Part shown: one piece after another, positions 62,480-64,000 of the stretch
Position numbering within the stretch: the first letter of the stretch is position 1
How the letters are laid out: each line of letters begins with the position of its first letter
Source of the DNA: Trichosphaerium sp. ATCC 40318
Taxonomy: Eukaryota; Protista; Tubulinea
DNA: 64,000 bases
Direction of reading: 5' to 3'
Assembly (NCBI GenBank): GCA_038496445.1
Contig: JALMLS010000376.1
Location: forward strand, 496,001-560,000
Notes under the pieces: generated by a model
Database searches by the model: none
What the model saw: only the letters and a program-made list of their open reading frames with translations
Told to the model about the DNA's origin: nothing
Translations under genes and position numbers: made by a program

Positions 62480-64000
62480 ATGCAGCTTGTCACGTTATGT
62501 TATGCCATTGTGTTGATTAGTGTGGCACTAGGTACCATGCAAAGGTTAAACTGACATTCTAACAACTTCTTTAAGCCTCCGAAGGTCCTAAGCCGCCGTC
62601 TCAACTTAAAGTCGTTACGACTGTTTTCCCTAAAGCAAAATATAACTCCAGAGCGCCCATAACAGTAATCTTCAACAGGCACTGAAACCACTTCGTGAAG
62701 ATGTACTACTAACTCTGACAATGTAGACCTGTAATCGTACTGGGATCAGACTTTCCTCAAGTCTCCGATGATCTTATCCCCTTTACTCTCAACACAACCG
62801 TACCTGGTAATTTCAGATGGGTCACTACTAGTATAGCGAGGTGGGATCCCTTAGTAGACTGGCCACCTGGTTTAGTAGTCGGTGTAACGTTCAAACGTGA
62901 TTTTACTGATATGTATGGCCAAAGTATAGGTTCGAATAGCTCTATTGTTGGCGAAGTGTTAACTGTTTTTCGTATTGCAGATTTAGATGATAGTTTTGAG
63001 TTTACGACACCAGCATCATGTATGTTAAGTCTATTTGCTGGTAGCCTGAGTGTATTTCTAACACTTACTAGTGCGCGCTAAGGCTATACTAACATCAGAA
63101 TTAACAAATAACTTAACTGATAATCATTGGTACAAGCGACTCATCCTTGCCGTGCTAACCCTGCTGACAGGCATTCAAGACCCCTTTTAACGTATCCACA
63201 CACCGACACACATGTCCACGAATGTCCTGAAGATGGATTAATACACATAAGCTTCAACTATGGCACGTGTTAAACCTAACAGCTATTCGCGTCTATGAAA
63301 CTAAATGTTTAAAAGACGTCACTTTACAGCTGATGTTGGATGCGCTCACTTTCGCAGACGAAAACGGTATTCCATTAAATAATTTTGTTTACCTTTAATC
63401 ACAGTGATTCAGATAATGAAATATCTATCAGCTCTATATCATATTGTGGAAACAACAAGAGATGCATTGAAGTAAAATTACCGAAATTAGAGCAAGGGGT
63501 CCAGTACACTTTAGAATTACCAAGTGGCTCAGAATATCATCACTATGGCGGAAGAACATCAACAGATATTACTATGTACTTGACAGGGTTACATCCATTC
63601 ACTATTCCTTTTATTCACATGACTTCTCCATCATCTAATCTGTTCGGGATTTGGATTAGACATGGTTTGCCTGATAGTAGTATGGCTGGTGCGCATTGGG
63701 TCATGTTGATTTTATCCTGACTTCAATCAATAGCATTTGATGAATCGCTGGAGATTTTAGATGAAAGTGATACGGTGCTCAATAGGACGCTTACCTTACG
63801 GAACAAAGGTTAGTTCTTTGAATTGTGCATTAATAACCTACAATGTAGCAATTGTTGAGATTTACGTCCCAGATATGAAGCCTTTACAACAGGTAAGCCT
63901 TCATTTACAAAAACTGTACGTTTACTAATGTTTATAGTACACAATTCGGACCAAGGCAAACAGCCAAGTGATTGATGGATATGGACTTGCACTCCAAGAG
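62480..64000 (+). CDS. 5' part of a secreted bacterial-type alpha-2-macroglobulin-like protein (Big_5-like Ig domains); runs off the window
   Basis: Signal MQLVTLCYAIVLISVAL; PITVIFNRPVIVLG...VPGNFRWVTTSIARWDP..DWP; HECPEDGLIHISFNYDV; LEQGVQYTLELPSG; two GC-AG introns. Confidence 0.65.

Noticed and set aside
1-64000. Prokaryotic systems (CRISPR, operons), non-standard genetic code, U12 introns
   Set aside because: No repeat-spacer arrays; ORF fragmentation is explained by spliceosomal introns under the standard code; no RTATCCTT donors were needed in the junctions checked

Overview
Gene-dense, AT-rich (about 36% GC by eye) eukaryotic nuclear DNA with many short spliceosomal introns (mostly 40-70 nt; GTACGT/GTAAGT/GTATGT donors, CTAA(C) branch, YAG/AAG acceptors). 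The gene content suggests a protist, plausibly an amoeba, but the taxon cannot be fixed from sequence alone. I spliced about 24 gene models by hand, so exon boundaries are approximate. They include an RTX-like secreted protein, a 2.3-kb tandem duplication (CRAL-TRIO + HIT), G-alpha, a SASA esterase, a LEA_2-like membrane protein, a 14.5-kb giant type I membrane gene, a Ctr copper transporter, BRCT and BTB proteins, a carotenoid oxygenase, a PIMT-BTB fusion, EFM7, a 3xRRM protein, kynurenine aminotransferase, a CH/filamin protein, a pseudo-lipase surface protein, an intronless F-box/LRR and the 5' part of a bacterial-type alpha-2-macroglobulin. Most notable: (1) a membrane-anchored vitellogenin/MTP-like large lipid transfer protein fused to TSP3/LamG/cadherin-like modules with many KR sites; (2) an isoaspartate methyltransferase fused to BTB, a candidate Cullin-3 reader of damaged proteins; (3) frequent GC-AG introns and a strong excess of CACGTG; (4) several prokaryote-like genes that now carry signal peptides and introns. 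No rRNA, tRNA, CRISPR array or recognisable transposon was found.
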